A stretch of 62,531 nucleotides of DNA, filler included. It is 14 parts of 14 records of this genome, joined end to end, with 100 filler letters (N's around TTAATTAATTAA, not from the genome) between each part and the next. Parts side by side here need not be neighbours in the genome. Positions count along the whole stretch, not along the records: positions 10,488 to 14,890 come from SRR7504441_73822; positions 14,991 to 18,615 come from SRR7504441_73858; positions 18,716 to 21,843 come from SRR7504441_73862; positions 21,944 to 25,455 come from SRR7504441_74562; 10 more parts are not named here. One strand, 5' to 3'. Each line of letters begins with the position of its first letter. Positions within the stretch are counted from its first letter, which is position 1. The notes below the pieces were generated by a model. The model did not search any database. It was not told the DNA's origin and saw nothing but the letters and a program-made list of their open reading frames with translations. This document shows positions 13,031-25,555 of the stretch, one piece after another. The position numbers and the translations under genes are program-made.

Positions 13031-13407
13031 GCCAAAGCTCATCATCGCCGTCTTTGAGAACATTTTTTCTTCGACAAGCTATCGACAAGCATCGAAATCG
13101 TGCGAAATGACCAGTCGGCACCTAATGCTGACCCAGTCTAGACTAGACCCAATCGTGCCAGAATCAATAGATTACAAGTATATTCGACGGTTTCCCTCGA
13201 ACTAATAGCCATCTCGGTTTGGTTATACACTTGTATACACACTGTACAATCGGTACAATGTCATGTAGTCTTGACTTCTCATTCGTAATTCATGATTTAT
13301 TATGTAGTCGCAAATATTAATTAAATGGGCAAATCTGATTGGTTTTGATTCTTCGTGCCGGCCCGGTGCAGGTGGCGGAGCTATATGAACTACGGACTGA
13401 TCAGTGC

Positions 13408-14890
13408 TCAAGAGCAATCAGCAGCAGAAGCCGAGCCACTGGATTGTGTTGTTGTGTCCTTCAGCCATTTCGGACACGGCTTGCACATCGGTTGCCCCTC
13501 ATGATCTTGATATTTGCCGAGCGGGCACTCATCACAGCCATCGGTCTGGCCTGCGTCGACCTGAAACTTGCCAGGGGCACATGGAGAGCACCCAGATGCC
13601 GCGAAAACTGACGAGAAAGTGCCTGCCTCACAAAGCTTGCAATCCAGTTCTCCTTCCACATCTTGATACTTGCCAGGGGTACATGTGCCACAAGAGCTCT
13701 TGCCTTCTTCAGCTTGGTATTTGCCCAAGCCACAATTCACGCACGCTCTTTTGTGCTCCAACGATCGCTTTCCCACTGCACAAACGCGGCATTCGGCCTG
13801 CCCCTCGAGGTTCTGATGCCTTCCCGGCTCACATTCGTCGCAGTGGCTTTTACCTTCCACCGCTTGGTACTTTCCTGCGACGCATTGTGCGCAGCTCTGC
13901 CGGTGACCTAGAGACATTTTCCCCGCCTCACAAGCTTTACACGTGGACTTGCTTTCTTGGTCTTGATATCGACCAGCCTCGCACGTAATGCATGATGTTT
14001 GTCCCTCTTCGTCTTGGTAGCGACCTGTGGAGCAGCTGTGACAAGCTGTCACGCCGCTGAGGGACCGCTTTCCAACCTCGCACACCTTACAGCCAGGCTG
14101 TCCCTCCTCGTCTTGATACCTACCTGGAGGGCAGGTGCCACAGACGCTTTTCGACTCCTCGACTTGAAATCGTCCCGGCTCGCACCGTGCACAGTATTTT
14201 TTGTTTCCGACTGACCTTTTGCCTGCTTGGCAGGCCTTGCACTTTGGTTGGCCTTTCCGGTCTTGGAATTCGCCGGACTTGCAAGCAATACAGGCACCTT
14301 CACCTTCCGTGGCTTGATATCTCCCTGCCCCGCACTGATCGCAGACTGTTGCGTGGTAGATGGAGGCCAATGATCCAGCCTCACAAGGCTTGCAGGTAGC
14401 TTGTCCCGTCTGGTCCTGGTACCTACCTGGAGTACAGGGTTCACAAGACTGTTGCCCCCCGTGGTTCTGGTGTCGCCCACGAGCGCACTCGATGCAAGAT
14501 TCTGCGGAATGCGATGATGTGAACGAGCCTGCAGGGCAAGAATCGCATCCGGACTGGCCTTCACGATTTTGGAACCTCCCAGGCTCGCAGTGCTTGCAGA
14601 ATGCTTTACCCTCATGGGCTTGGTATCGACCGGGCGAACAGTTATTACAGCTAGTTGCCACAACAGAGGGCAATTTCGCCCCTCGGTCCAGAGTGCGATG
14701 GTGTCCCTCAAGCCAGTGAGTGAGCGCCCCGACCGCATGCCCGTGGGAGTAGAGCAAAGAGTACCTGCCTGACTCACAAGGTAGACAACCCATTTTGCCC
14801 TCTTGGTCCTGATATTTGCCTGGATCGCAAGCTGAGCATACAGTCACACCCAGCTCACTAGCGTACTCCCCAACTGCACACGCGCTGCAA
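13408..14890 (-). CDS. Cys-rich repeat protein (GCC2_GCC3/ephrin-receptor-like CxxCxxGxYQ repeats); 5'-partial
   Basis: More than 20 tandem CxxCxPGxY/FQxxxGxxxC units of about 17 aa. Confidence 0.85.
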
Positions 14891-14990
14891 NNNNNNNNNN
14901 NNNNNNNNNNNNNNNNNNNNNNNNNNNNNNNNNNTTAATTAATTAANNNNNNNNNNNNNNNNNNNNNNNNNNNNNNNNNNNNNNNNNNNN

Positions 14991-17403
14991 CCAGCAGTTC
15001 CTGGAGAACTACCAGACCCCCGCGGGTGGCTACAAGTACATGCAGCAGCTGGTGCCCCCCCCCCCGCCTCGGCGGCGTCCTGACACGGTCCGGGCACAGC
15101 AACAGGTAGCTAACCGCGAGAGGAAGCGAGTGGATGTCCTTCTCTCCGACGTTGCCGAGGTGGCCCGCCCGGGGGATCGGCCGCCGACCTGGCCGCAGTT
15201 CTTCAACGATCAAGAAATCGCGGATAAAGTGATTCGGAACACAGTGAGATATCGGACGCTCGTCAAGCAGGCGATCGACGCGGTCATGCCCTCGTCCACC
15301 CATGAGCTGGACCACGATGACGTCACCGACATCCTCTACGCCCAGCGCATCGCCCAGCTAGAGGAACAACGGGAGAATCAAGGCGGCGAAGCGGTGCCAG
15401 CATCCGCCCGGGCCGGGGCCTGACTGGCCGGTCAACAGGACGCGTCGGAGCCGGTGGAGCATTCGCTGCCGGACGATTTGCGCCGTCGATAGTGAGTCGG
15501 CCCTCGTGAGGTCTAGGCTAATGCCCTGGGTTTGCAGTGAGGTCAACTTCGACCTGCCGGATGACGTCAAGCCCACCCCGATCCGGCTGGTGCGCGCCGA
15601 GCACGTGGGCTCGCTGGTACGCGTCAAAGGTCGGCCGCTTGTCGCTCGTGGCATCTCTGAGCCCGGGGCAGGGGTAGTGACCCGCGCTTCAAATGTGAAG
15701 CCAACTGTCACGACCGCCACTTACACCTGCGACAAATGCGGCTGTGAGGCTTACCAGGCACGGCTGCCCTGCCGGGCCGGCGGCGAGCCGGGCCTCAGGA
15801 AATCAAATCACGTTCATTCATGCCGCTGTTTGAATGTCCGAGCAGCGAGTGCAAGCAGAACAACGCGAAGGGCCGGCTCATGATGCAGACCCGCGGGTCC
15901 AAATTCGAAAAGTTCCAGGAGCTGCGGCTGCAGGAGACCTCGGAGGAGGTCCCTGTCGGCCACACCCCCCGGCAGCTGTCAGTTCAACTGTCTGGAGAGA
16001 ACACTCGCCAGTGCTCGCCAGGAGATCAGGTGACCATCACTGGCATATTCCTGCCGGTGCCGGAGTCCGGGTTCCGGCGGATGAAGATGGGCCTGACTGC
16101 CGAGACCTACCTCGAGGGCCAGGCTGTAACTCAGCTCAAGGCATCTGCGAGCGAGGACGAGAGCTGTGCAGAATTGCAGAGGCAGGTGCGGGAATGTGAC
16201 AAGGCAGATATGTACCGCAAGCTGTCCCAGTCGATCGCGCCGGAGATCTTCGGGCATGCGGACATCAAATCGGCGCTGCTGCTGGTGCTGGTGGGCGGGG
16301 TGACTAGGGAGATGGCAGACGGCATGAAGATCAGGGGAGACTTGAATGCGTGCTTGATGGGAGACCCCGGCGTGGCCAAGTCGCAGTTGCTCAAGCACAT
16401 CGCCACAGTGGCGCCACGGGGGATCTACACCACGGGCAAAGGTTCTTCAGGGGTCGGTCTGACGGCGGCTGTGATGAGGGACCAGTCAACCAATGAGATG
16501 GTTTTGGAGGGCGGGGCGCTGGTGCTTGCCGACACTGGGATTTGCTGCATCGACGAGTTCGATAAGATGGACGACGCCGATCGGACGGCCATCCACGAGG
16601 TGATGGAACAGCAGACTATATCCATTGCCAAGGCTGGGATCACGACCACGCTCAACGCACGCACATCGATCGTAGCAGCTGCCAACCCTCTGCAGGGCCG
16701 GTACAACATCAAGCGGTCGCCAGAGGAAAACATCAACTTGCCCACCGCGCTGCTCTCTCGGTTTGACCTGCTCTTCCTGTTGCTGGACTTGCCCGACCCC
16801 GAGAGAGACGCCAACCTGGCCAACCACGTGCTTTTCGTGCACCAGCACTGCAGGCACCCTGACCTCGGGTTTGTGCCGTTCGATCCAAAGTTCATGCGGT
16901 CCTACATAGAGGAGTGCCAGAAGATCACGCCGTACGTGCCGGACGAGGAGATGGATTTCTTGGTCGAACAGTACGTCTCAATGAGGAACAATGAGGACGA
17001 CAGCACCTCAAAGTACACTCACCCGTCGGCGCGTACGCTGCTGTCGATTCTACGCCAGTCACAGGCACTGGCTAGGATCCGGTTCAGTGACAAGGTGGAG
17101 CATCAGGATGTGCAGGAGGCAATCCGATTGATGCAGGCCTCACATGCCTCAGTCGAGCAGGAGATGGCCAGGACAAGCCGCCGGTACAGGGATCCAAAGA
17201 CTGACATCTACGAGATGATTGTATCACTAGCTCGACGCAACCCTAACATGTGTTGCAAGAGGCAGCATGTGTTGACCCAGGTGCTGGCCAAGTCCTTCAA
17301 AGAGGAGGATTTGGATGACTGCATCAGTGACTATGCAGCTTTGAACGTGCTCATGTATACACCTGAGGATGGATTGATTCGGCTGACGCTGAATAGCGAC
17401 TGA
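14991..17403 (+). CDS. MCM7: DNA replication licensing factor MCM7; 5'-partial, six short introns in the 5' part
   Basis: MGDPGVAKSQLLK, IYTTGKGSSGVGLTAAV, CIDEFDKM, AIHEVMEQQTISIAKAGITTTLNAR, LLSRFDL; MCM7-type TRGSKFEKFQE and VPVGHTPR. Confidence 0.95.
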
Positions 17404-17877
17404 CGTGATCCAAGCCCCAGGTTCCTCCCATACAACAAGCCCAGCCTCACATTAGTTTGATTGTTAGAGGTACCGTACCTTGTCGTAGCACCTCTGTCAG
17501 AGCACGAGGTGAAACTATCAAGCAAGTGTGAATAAAGTGTAAATCACTTTGATCTATAGCGCGCAAGCAATCTATGTACGTATCTATTTGTCACGTGATC
17601 CAATGGCATCAACAATTATCATTGATTGATGAATTCTTGCGCTTCAATGCTCATCATGACGAGTTAAATTTAATACGGTACAGCTTGACTGCCGATTGCG
17701 ACTAGATTGCGAGTGAATTTGCTCAATCTCGGATTAGTATTTACCTGATACTTAAGATACAAGGTTACGCTAAAGTTACGCAGTCATTCGGCACTACATG
17801 TAGTTACATGTATGTAGTATTTTACCGTCTTCCATCTTGATGCTCTCAACAAGGATTTGGAATCAATTACATGATCC

Positions 17878-18615
17878 TTACTTGGTGGCCTCGTTGATGA
17901 CGCTAGTGGGGAAGCCCCAGGTCTTGGGCCGGGCGGCCAAGTACTCCTTGACACCATCCAGTGCGGCGAACCGCTCGTAGAACGCCACCAGCTTGGCATC
18001 GAGTGTCGGGGAGCCCTCCTTGTTCTTGTACAGCATCTGGATGTTGTCCAGGTTGTGCCAGATGTAGGCCTCACCGTAGCCAGGCTTGTCACCGGCAAAG
18101 AACGGCTTGTCGCCCAGCATCTCGACCAACTCCTTGAGCACCGGCTCGCACTCCGCATTCCACTTTTCGTAAGTCATCTCCGCAGGAAACCCAAAATCAG
18201 CCTCCCCGCCGGCCGGAGCGTTGCACTGAGGGTCGGCTTGCCAGAGCGGGGGCGAGTTGCCCATGTGCGCGAGCTTGGCCTGCGTCTCGTCAACGACCAT
18301 CTTCCCGCCCAGCTCGGCCATCAACTTGAGCAGGTCCTCGGTCTCGCCCTGCGGGGTGCCTGCAGCCGCGTCAAGGCCGGCGCAGCCCAGGCGTGGCACC
18401 GTCAGGCTTGACCAGAAAGGGCATGGTGTTCATCTTGTATGGCTCCGCCCCCTTGGTGGCGCCCCATTCTTCCACGCTGAGCAGCTTCCACTCGAGCTTA
18501 ACGCCCGAGTAGCCGCAGACCAGCTGGATCGGCTCGGCCCGGGAGCGAGCCCCGGCAAAGTAGTACATGGTCCCAGCGGAGACGCCCGCCGGCGCGTCGT
18601 CAGTGGTGGTGGAGT
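17878..18615 (-). CDS. Glutathione S-transferase (Tyr-type, sigma-like); one intron; N-terminus possibly cut
   Basis: YYFAGARSRAEPIQL, MPFL..DG, FFAGDKPGYGE, ALDGVKEYLAARP. Confidence 0.85.
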
Positions 18616-18715
18616 NNNNNNNNNNNNNNNNNNNNNNNNNNNNNNNNNNNNNNNNNNNNTTAATTAATTAANNNNNNNNNNNNNNNNNNNNNNNNNNNNN
18701 NNNNNNNNNNNNNNN

Positions 18716-19194
18716 TGATCCGGGCCTGACTGTACTGAGCCTGTGGCCAGGCGCGCTGGGGGCTGCAGCGGAGTCGGGCGCGGTCTCTCGAGTGCATGTC
18801 GCCCAACATGCGACTCGAGCGGGCAAATAGCGATCTGCAGGACGGGATCGAGGACCTTGAGGACAGTATGTTTGGGATGGTGAACATCCAGGAACACATC
18901 GAGTTCCAGCACTGGGAACACAAGCTGATGCGTCGCGATCGATGGTCGCGCTCAGCTGCTGGCTGGCAGGAGATGCTGCCGCCCAAGGGGTTCGCCTGGA
19001 GCGGTGAATGGTATGTGGACATTGGGCACACCGCGGTGGACAACGAGGGCTGGAGCTATGGCATCTCTGAAGCGGAAATCTCTGAGCGAGCCAAGATGCA
19101 GGTATCCAACGACGCCAAGGGCGAGCAAGACATCGTCAGAGCCCGACGCTGGATCAGACGCTACGAGGCACCACTCCCCAAGCCGCCTGCCTGA
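18716..19194 (+). CDS. DysF (dysferlin/Pex24p-type) domain at the C-terminus; 5'-partial
   Basis: LPPKGFAWSGEWYVD..VDNEGWSYG..DIVRARRWIRR. Confidence 0.8.
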
Positions 19195-19670
19195 ACCTCG
19201 GCGTGCCTACACATGCCGGCTCATTGATAATTCGGTACGAATACAGTTTACCGGCTGCAGTACCAAAGGCATAGAATTCGGTTGCACACCCACAATTCAG
19301 CTCTTTCTTGCAAGAGTTGTCTTCTTTAATTAAGCTATTGTCTATTGATCATGAGCTGAGAGAGAGAGATACATTTATTAAAGCCGAGGATATCAACTAT
19401 CCCACATAGCCCACTTTAAGAAGCCCCTAGTTACCCCGCTACTTAGGGGGGTTCTGAATAAGTTAGAATCCAATCAATGATGCGAGCACGTACGAGTAAT
19501 TCAACGAATTCAATCATGTAATTCAACGAATTCAGATTGGCCGATCATGGGCTCCGACGAGGGCTCCGTGACCAATCGGTTTCTCCCCACAGCCCCCCCG
19601 CGGGCGACGGCCGGCCTCCCGAGGTATTGATACCGATTTTATTATACACCCCACCCCTACTGCGGGTTTA

Positions 19671-20201
19671 CTAGAGCTGCTCGCGCCGGTATCGCCTGCC
19701 GGTCACCGGCACCGCCGTCTTTCTCGTGCCGAGCAGCCGCTTTGCCCCAGGGTAGGCCGCCCCGAGGTGGGTCATGATCTGGCTGGCCTCTAGCGCCTGC
19801 ACCTCCTGCCGGTCGCGCCGCAGCTGCTTGAATGTCCCCAGGCTGCTGGTCGGCTGTGCCAGCCTATGATGAAAGACCGTGGTGGTGGCCGCCGGGCTAG
19901 ACGACGGCGCAGTGGGGGCCGCGGCCCCAAAGCTGCGCTGCGGGGTGATCGCCGGCGCGGGCGACGTCGGCGGGCTGTCCTCGGCTTCCAGCCAGTTGGT
20001 GAACGCCAGTTGGGCCGGCGAGGCGGGTTGGTGCGCACGGCCGGCCGCCGCGAGCTGCCGTCCGTGCTCCTCGAGCAGCCGTTGGAACCCCAGCCGCTCG
20101 GCGGCGCAGCCAGCGGTCGCGTACTGGAACTTGAGATTGGCCAGCGCCTCCGCCCGGGCCTCCGCCCGCGGGCTGTGCGGCAGCTCGAGCGGACACTGCA
20201 T
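19671..20201 (-). CDS. Hypothetical protein (176 aa)
   Basis: ATG-to-TAG ORF divergent from the FN3-C2 gene, with AT-rich DNA downstream. Confidence 0.5.
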   Translation of the reverse strand: MQCPLELPHSPRAEARAEALANLKFQYATAGCAAERLGFQRLLEEHGRQLAAAGRAHQPASPAQLAFTNWLEAEDSPPTSPAPAITPQRSFGAAAPTAPSSSPAATTTVFHHRLAQPTSSLGTFKQLRRDRQEVQALEASQIMTHLGAAYPGAKRLLGTRKTAVPVTGRRYRREQL

Positions 20202-20235
20202 GGCACCCGCTCACTGGCAGTTGAGTCAGTTGGAG
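20202..20235. promoter_or_regulatory. Putative minimal bidirectional promoter (34 bp between divergent ATGs)
   Basis: CAT at 20199-20201 and ATG at 20236. Confidence 0.4.
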
Positions 20236-21504
20236 ATGGCGGATTCACCTGGCGGCAAGCAGCCTCCAGTGTTTGGGTACTACAACACGGACACTGCCGG
20301 CCCGCACCCAGCGGTCTCAGACTATTACAACTCGCCTGCTGGGCTCCGGCGCCAGGCGCAGACCCGGGCTCCCTGGGGTCGGCGGGACGATGTGGTCCGG
20401 CTGCCGCACCGAGGGGACATGCGGGACACCAGGGTGAGCTGGGCCCGGGAGGACCTCAACCCAGCCCGGGACCCACTCGGCCGGCTCGGATACAAAGGCT
20501 CAGCCTCACCCTCCCGCAGCCCCGCCTCGCCGTCTGCCGAGCGCGAAGGGAGCCTGTTGAGCCCGCGGTGGACCAGAGGACGCAGCTCCCGGGTACCCCC
20601 GCCGGAGGGTTTGCGGATCGAGCAGCTGGACAACTCGAGGCTGAAGATGGTCTGGGGACTGGTGCCCGGGGCCACGGAGTACCTGTTGACCAATCAGACC
20701 ACCGGTCAGCAATTCCGACGGAGGGTAAGCTCCCCGGAGCCGCGCTCAGCCGGGTGCACACCGGTCTGGCGCCCGTGCGCTGGCCGGGCTGAGACTTCTG
20801 CGATTGTGGGCGGGGTGCGCGGAGGCCAGTTTTACGAGTTTTCTGTCTGCAGCGTCGACCAGTGAGCGGCTTGCCCCGTCTGTGGCTGACGGTCGGCTGA
20901 CAGGCATGGGTTGGGCCCACCGAGTGAGACGGTAGAGATCACCCTGGTCGAATGGTACAAGCGCCCCGAGATCGCTCTGGCGCCCGTAGAGCCTGAAGAG
21001 CCTGAAGAGCCAACTATGCCGAGCAAACCAGTCAGCTCTATCCAGCCAACACTCAAGGCAGCGCCAGAGCCGTCGGTGATGGAGGAGGACGAGGAAGAGA
21101 ACCCGGAGGAGGGCAAGTTGTGGGTGAAGATCGTGCGGGCGACCGGACTGCCGGAGCGGGACATCGATGGGCAAGCAGATCCGTATGCCAAGTTTCGTTG
21201 GCGGGGCAAGAAAGTCAAGACCAAGATTATCCGGGACAGCTGCTCCCCAGAGTGGAACGAGACGTTTGCGATCGGCGTACGGCGCGAGGAGTATCAGAAC
21301 TGCATCGAGCTTAAGGTCTGGGACGCTAACATGCTCACGTCCAACAACGCACTGGGTGAAGTGAACCTACGCCTCGACAACCTGCGGCGAGGCGTGCCGG
21401 TCAGTGCCGTGCATCAGCTCACTGGGGAGGGGGCTAGTGGCACGATCGAAGTCGAGCTGATTGCTGTTGACTTTTCGACTTGCCCACGCACAAACCGGCA
21501 TTGA
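20236..21504 (+). CDS. Fibronectin type III plus C2 domain protein, spliced
   Basis: PPPEGLRIEQLDNSRLKMVWGLVPGATEY..YEFSVCSVDQHGLGPPSE (FN3); LWVKIVRATGLPERDIDGQADPYAK..PEWNETF..LKVWD (C2). Confidence 0.85.
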
Positions 21505-21656
21505 GCTGACACTCGTAGCAGCATGATGATGCACTCGTGAGAACAATGCAAGTCAATGATATAGGATTATAATGAGATTGTACAATAAAGCTATAAAAGA
21601 GTTATAAATAATCTATAGTGTAATTGTTGCCTTGCAGCTGGTTGATCATGGGACTG

Positions 21657-21843
21657 CTACTGGTGGCACTCCGCGTCCGGCGGCGGCGCGTCACACCCGT
21701 GCTTGGTCAGTAGCTCCTGCATCTCCGGCTGGTGCTCCAGCGGGCAGAACCCCGGGCAGTGCGCGCCCTTGTCGGTTGCCAGGTGGATCGGGGCCTGCTC
21801 AGAGCCCCAACAGACCATGTATGGCGTATAGCCGTATTGCTGC
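21657..21843 (-). CDS. 3' end of a possible ankyrin-repeat protein
   Basis: YGYTP..APIHLATDKG..EMQELLTKHGCD. Confidence 0.35.
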
Positions 21844-21943
21844 NNNNNNNNNNNNNNNNNNNNNNNNNNNNNNNNNNNNNNNNNNNNTTAATTAATTAAN
21901 NNNNNNNNNNNNNNNNNNNNNNNNNNNNNNNNNNNNNNNNNNN

Positions 21944-24900
21944 TCCGGGCTCAACAAAACGAGGACGACATAAGAGCTGGAATTGAAAAGATGAAACCTG
22001 GGAGGAAACAGCGAAATGCTGAGAAGAAACTGCGAAATGCTGAGAAGAAACGAGCCAAGGCTGAACGCCGTCTACAGCAGGAAAAGCAGAAAATGCTGGA
22101 TAAGATAGAAAGGCAGGTGGATGCTGACACCCAGAGCAAACGATCTCGGCAGGAGGAAGTGCTGGAAGAATCCGGTAAGTCTTCTCCGCAAAGGCTTGAA
22201 GAGATCAACCGATGGAAGCGAGGACGTGCTGAGGCACGCAAGCAGCTGCGGAAACAGGTGGACCCTGAGAACCGGCATCGCACCAAGGAAAAGTGGTCTG
22301 ATTTTGGCTCCACCAAGCGGCAAAAGCGGGCAAGACTCGAATATCTCACCAAATTGTTGTTTGGGGACTCTGATGCTCAACCCCGCCTCGCAAAGGCAGG
22401 ACTGGCTGATCCAGAAGCTGTAGCGCAACATGTCCTGGACTCAGCAGCGCCAGCTGCTATGCGCCGGCTCTTACAATCAGCCTCAGCAGGAGGAAGTCAC
22501 AGTCAGAGCCAACAAAACACCAACGAACACGAGAGCTCAAACGAGAACGAGAGTGAAAACAGTGTGTTCAAAGTATGACACTTCAGCAAATCGCAACGCG
22601 CTGAATTTGGTGGCAGGTTTATGGCTGCGAGCCTCAGAGAGATCCGATGGGCTGGGTAACGTGTAGCCACCGGGCTGGGTGCTAAGAATCCGAATGGCAG
22701 TGCCAATCATGTGCCGAAAACCCTGTGGCGATCGAGTACAATCTTGTGCCAATTTCTGTGCTGATCACACAGGTTGCCTAACGACTGCGGGGGTGCTTTG
22801 ACCAATTTGCAGGTGCTGAACTATACTGAGCTGGGTGCGCGAGTGGAGCAGTTTGTGAATGACGAGTGCTGCCCAACACCATAGTAGTCAAACTAATCGT
22901 TGATTGTCCACAGATACCATGCGATCTGTCTGTCGGGCTACACATGGAACAAGATGACGGGCCAGTGTGAAAGAAGCGGCACTTGTTCACCCGGTATCAT
23001 CCTAAGACGGCTAGCCTAGTGCCTTGTGCACACAAAGTTCTGCACACAAAGTTGCACTAGAATACTGACAGAAGAACGCATGCAGGAACTTACGTGCTTC
23101 CGCACAACACCGAGGACAGCAGTACTTATACAACTCTCGTCCAGCCGGTTTTACTGCCATAGATAGATCCACTGAGCCACCGGTCAGGGTCAAGACTCGA
23201 GCGGCAAGTGCATCTGTGACTGCTATGGCAATACTAATCCTACCAAGCCATATACGTTCATTGTTAATGCTGGCACATCAAATTCATGTGATGCGAACCT
23301 CGCCAATGTCAACGACTGTAAGAATGGTCGGATTGCCAATTGTAGAGTGGGCACAGCGAATGACACTGCTTCCAAATCAATCGAGATCAAATCAGAGAAA
23401 TGCGTAGCACTAATCGGCGGGATCAAGCAGGAGACTGAGTACAACTGTGCTGATCCGGCCTGCAGTATCCAGCGGGAGTGCAAGGCAGCCTCCGTGTCTG
23501 ATGGCAAGGGCATTAATTCCAAATGCGGCTGCCCTGTATCATACGCATACGATTGGTGCAATGAAGACAACACCTGGAACTCATGTGGAAACCCTCTCTG
23601 TACGCAAACTAGGCAGAACGGGAAATGCTCTAGCCTGAAGAGTAATCAGTGTTGGTGAGCGCCACCTGAAATTGTGGTATCGTCCCAATCTACTCGACAG
23701 GTGTGGACCGGATTCTAGGCACTGGCAGCGCTGTGACAGTGACGGCTCATGGTACAACGGTACTTCCACGAGCTTGATTGGTGTTGATTTCACGCGACAG
23801 TGAGCTCGAGCTGCACCCAGTTGCGGATGTGCAAGTCTAATAACCAGGTGTGCCTGGCAGAAACAGGGGGGGAACTTACTCTTACGGTTGCAGCTGCTTG
23901 ATGGCGCCTGCCCTGTGCAAGGCAATTGCCCCTGCACGGCTCAAGTCTGTGACTGTGTGGACTGCAGGCTTTTCATGCTCCCACTCGAGCAGCGGTGCTA
24001 CGGTGGAGGAATGGAAACCTGGAGAGAATGCTGCTCCATCAAGTATGGATGCCTGGGACGGTCCCAAGACTCTCCTGCCCAGTAGTCTGCTCCAAGACGA
24101 TTCGGTGAACACCCGCCTTGCTGCTTACAATACTGTAAACTAAAATGGCTGACAGCAGATCAACTCTGCAGACATGGCCCAACACAAGGTAACAACGCAG
24201 CCAAGGCTGAGACCTAATCAATGACCGCCGTGTTGTAGGGGATCCAGATGTGCTTTCAGGCAGAGGCTAGCACCCACAGGCAGAGCTGCCAAGCATGCCC
24301 TGCCGGCAAGTACTCCGACAGCTCAAATTCTGCAACATGCAAGGACTGCCCTGCTGGTGACTCTCATACTTTGGACTGAAGGGCCTCACGGGCCGAACAG
24401 GCAAATCCTCTTTGGTCGGCGCACAGGAGTGCTCAAGCTGCCCTGATGGCACCACCGGTGCGAAATGCGAAACCAAAGTGAGCCAGTCAGTGCAGACTTA
24501 AGATCTAACGCTCACTATTGCAGATTGTCCCGTTCAACGCTGAAATTTACCTCACATCGGGCAGCAAGGGGCAAGGCGGGGTGAGTGAGACGGCACGCCC
24601 GTGTCAGTCCGGTTACAAAGGTAAGTCTGTGCGTGCTGCCGCGGTGTCTCACCGCATGGCCTGAAGGCTGCTACAACGTCAACACAGACAAGAATCCGAT
24701 TGGCGCGAACAAGCTCAAGTTTGGTTCAAGTTGTGATTTGTGGGCGGTGCGTGGATGCCGCGGCAGTGCACGGGTGCTCATGGTGTGTTTACTGATAGGT
24801 GAAGCTTGTGGAAGGCGTTGAAATCGAGATGTATTCCTTGACTGGTAATTGGGGCCAAACAGGCGAGCAGGGAGACCAAGAATGCCCCGGCTCGGATGCA

Positions 24901-25047
24901 GATGGGAATCCGAGGCGATTGGACACATTCACGGGCGTCGCCGGTCAAGATCCAAAAGACAAAGGCACTAGGGTACAGGAGACGAGCGAGGCTTCTTGCA
25001 TGTACAACATCAAGATTATGCCTGGCTATGAATGTGCCAGCAGCTAG
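21944..25047 (+). CDS. Large multi-exon Cys-rich, probably extracellular protein with EGF/GCC2-like units and a charged N-terminal region; 5'-partial
   Basis: Short GT-AG introns link Cys-rich exons (GKCICDC, CPAGKYS..CKDCPAG, CPDGTTGAKCE); last exon 24799-25047. Exon structure approximate. Confidence 0.55.
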
Positions 25048-25555
25048 GATACTACAACCATGTAATTAAGGAGCGTCTCTTATTATGAACAATTAATTGG
25101 ATATATTTAATTGGTCACATTGGCCGGGACTCACCTCTCACTGGTCACCTCTAAAAAGCCATAAAGTTTACAATCATACGACCGGTGACGCGGACAAGGT
25201 GCGAGCCGACGCGCAAGCGCTCACCATCAAGACCCCGACGAAGACGCAGCACTCGACTACGTTGACGACATTGCGACGACTAAGTAACACCCCCGGCAGG
25301 CACGAGCATTTCTTTCTTCGACCGGTGCGGATGCGCCCTTCCCCCGAGAAGCCGGGGCGGGTGCATGTGGCTCGAGGGGCGGTCCTGCCAGGTACCTGCG
25401 AGGCATGGCCGCATGGCAACCCCCGTCAACAGCCCCCTAGCCTCCCCTCCACCGCNNNNNNNNNNNNNNNNNNNNNNNNNNNNNNNNNNNNNNNNNNNNT
25501 TAATTAATTAANNNNNNNNNNNNNNNNNNNNNNNNNNNNNNNNNNNNNNNNNNNN

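Noticed and set aside
19420-19455. Imperfect hairpin GAAGCCCCTA..TAGGGGGGTTC between convergent genes
   Set aside because: Single imperfect occurrence with no supporting element
20725-20792. Strong donor GTAAGC in the FN3 exon without an in-frame YAG acceptor
   Set aside because: The frame is open without splicing; a non-canonical acceptor cannot be told from no intron or a base error
20863-20865. In-frame TGA/TAG stops splitting domains, suggesting an alternative code or selenocysteine
   Set aside because: Each checked case falls in a short GT/GC-AG intron whose removal restores the protein
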